Below the pieces are notes generated by a model that saw only the letters and a list, made by a program, of their open reading frames with translations, searched no databases and had not been told where the DNA came from. A stretch of DNA of 64,000 nucleotides from Camelus dromedarius (lineage: Eukaryota): positions 104,038,001 through 104,102,000 of the forward strand of contig NC_087437.1 of assembly GCF_036321535.1 (NCBI RefSeq). The letters are read 5' to 3'. Of the stretch, positions 62,332-64,000 are shown piece by piece. Made by a program: the position numbers and the translations under genes. Each line of letters starts with the position of its first letter. Position 1 is the stretch's first letter.

Positions 62332-64000
62332 GATCTTTTTCAAGTGGTAACATTTTTTTCTCCAGGAAAATTATCTTATTAATAAATATGGGACAGCAAG
62401 TCTTGAACCAAGATATAATGTAGCTAAATATCAATTTAGTGGGGAACAAATACATGAGATGTTATCTTTCTTCTTTCTTTATATCCTCTATATCAAGATA
62501 AATTTTCCACTGTTTAGCTGTTAGGGTAACAAGGTATAATTATGGTCATCATTGTCAATTTTCTTGATAGGAAGAATCTATGATCAGATAGTATCAATAA
62601 AGATTGAACTTGAATAGTTGAAAAGTTTTCCCTAGATCTCTGATACAAAATTGCAGGAAGCAAAATATTATTAATCCTCTTCAGCCTTCAAAAGCAACTT
62701 GGAAAAAGGACTCTTTTGAGTTGTTTTGAAAGAGATTTGAAACAGATGTTGATAATATATTATTAATATTCACTATTAGATTGAGAAGAAATTTAAAAGA
62801 AGTACTGAATAAAGAATTTCTGCCTCTTACAGTTTGAAACAATGCTGTCTCTGCCTTAAAAATGCAATCAAAAAATAAATTAAGATCTTAGCAAACAGTA
62901 AGGATTCTCTCCTGATGCTTGGCCAAGACTTCCCTTAAAACACAATGATAATAATAAAATAATCTATGAAGTAACTACTATAATATTTTGATTATATTTG
63001 ATTACCTTTCAAGATTAATTGTAATCATGAAAATCAGTTTCTTGATGGAAAAATATTCAGGGAAATAGAGACATAAACTAAGGAACTTGATCACATTGCT
63101 GAGATTCCTCAAAATTAAAGCCACGCCTTTAGATGTTTCTATAGCTCAAGGACTCAATTTTTTAAAATATTTTTACATAGATAATTATTACTGTAGGCAG
63201 TTTATCTAAATGAAGTCCAATGCATGATACTTTACAGATGTATATTTATATAGTAATAAGTACATTTCAAAGCTATGTTTTATTCATAGAGAAAGATGTA
63301 TAATTTAAAGGCTGTGGATATTAAATTTTAGACATTGATTTTTATTCATTCAATACAAAAGTGTAATGATAATGTGTCATTGATCATATTTATCATTTAT
63401 TTGAAGGTTATTTTTAAATAAGGAAAAAATATTACTCATGTAATTTTCCTTGAGATATACAAGTACTCATATAAGGAGAGAACTGATTATCTCTCTGAGT
63501 GGTACAGGTCGTGGTGATATCAGGAAATATGACGGCGTGTAAACAAGAGGCAGACTCACCTAGGTACTATTCTCATTTAACTGCAGAGAGGCATAGTAAG
63601 AAAAAAGAATTAAACTGTAGGTAAAGTCTACATTCTAACTGGTATGATCCTAATCCTCTTATGTTCATTATAACAAGAACACCATTTCCCAGTTTTTAAA
63701 ATTACCAGGCAAACTAAAAAAAACGATAGTTTGCACTACAGTTGTACCCTTCCCTTCCATATTAGCAAACAAATTTTTGTTTTCACTCAGAGCTTCCAAT
63801 AGTTATTTAGTATTTAGTAAATCTGCATGGACAGACAAGGATCTCCATATATTGGAAGAAAATTCCAGTGAAAGAAAAGATCAAAATTAAAAACTGAAAG
63901 AAATTCAGAGGGAAGAGAAGCAATGTAAGGAATATAAAAAAAAATTGTAGAAATTTAAAAAGCAATTGGATCAAGAAGAGAAAGCTATGAAACAGCAAAA

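Noticed and set aside
61987..62382. 131-aa ORF
   Set aside because: It spans an LTR, a poly(T) tract and an antisense L1 tail.
63553..63610. Possible 21-nt minus-strand microexon (ctctctgcag|...|gtgagt)
   Set aside because: There are stop codons in all three frames, such splice-like pairs occur by chance, and there is no transcript evidence.

Overview
AT-rich mammalian non-coding DNA (gene desert or very large intron), not prokaryotic. I found no intact protein-coding gene, rRNA, tRNA or CRISPR array. The ORFs I can recognise are decayed LINE-1 ORF2 fragments, and the rest look spurious. The window is a layered record of transposable elements: several generations of L1, ERVL-MaLR (MLT1) and ERVL/ERV1 LTRs, a two-LTR ERVL provirus remnant, L2, MIR, MER20 and MER8. 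The youngest L1 3' UTR resembles, from memory, the camelid L1 lineage, and no order-specific SINEs (Alu, Bov-A/tA, CHR, PRE1, Can-SINE, B1/B2) are visible, so camel/alpaca/llama is my tentative host. The most notable structure is a cluster of three LTR-like inserts in one old L1 (48.1-50.5 kb). One is a 373-bp CpG-rich solo LTR with about 3.4 tandem 39-bp units carrying NF-E2/AP-1 and NRF1-like motifs. Other oddities are a 40-bp micro-inversion at an ERVL LTR terminus, a telomere-like filler at an L1 deletion junction, and palindromic elements in unique DNA. I cannot support a new multi-gene biological system here. Repeat family names are recalled from consensus sequences and need Dfam/RepeatMasker confirmation; boundaries of old elements are approximate.
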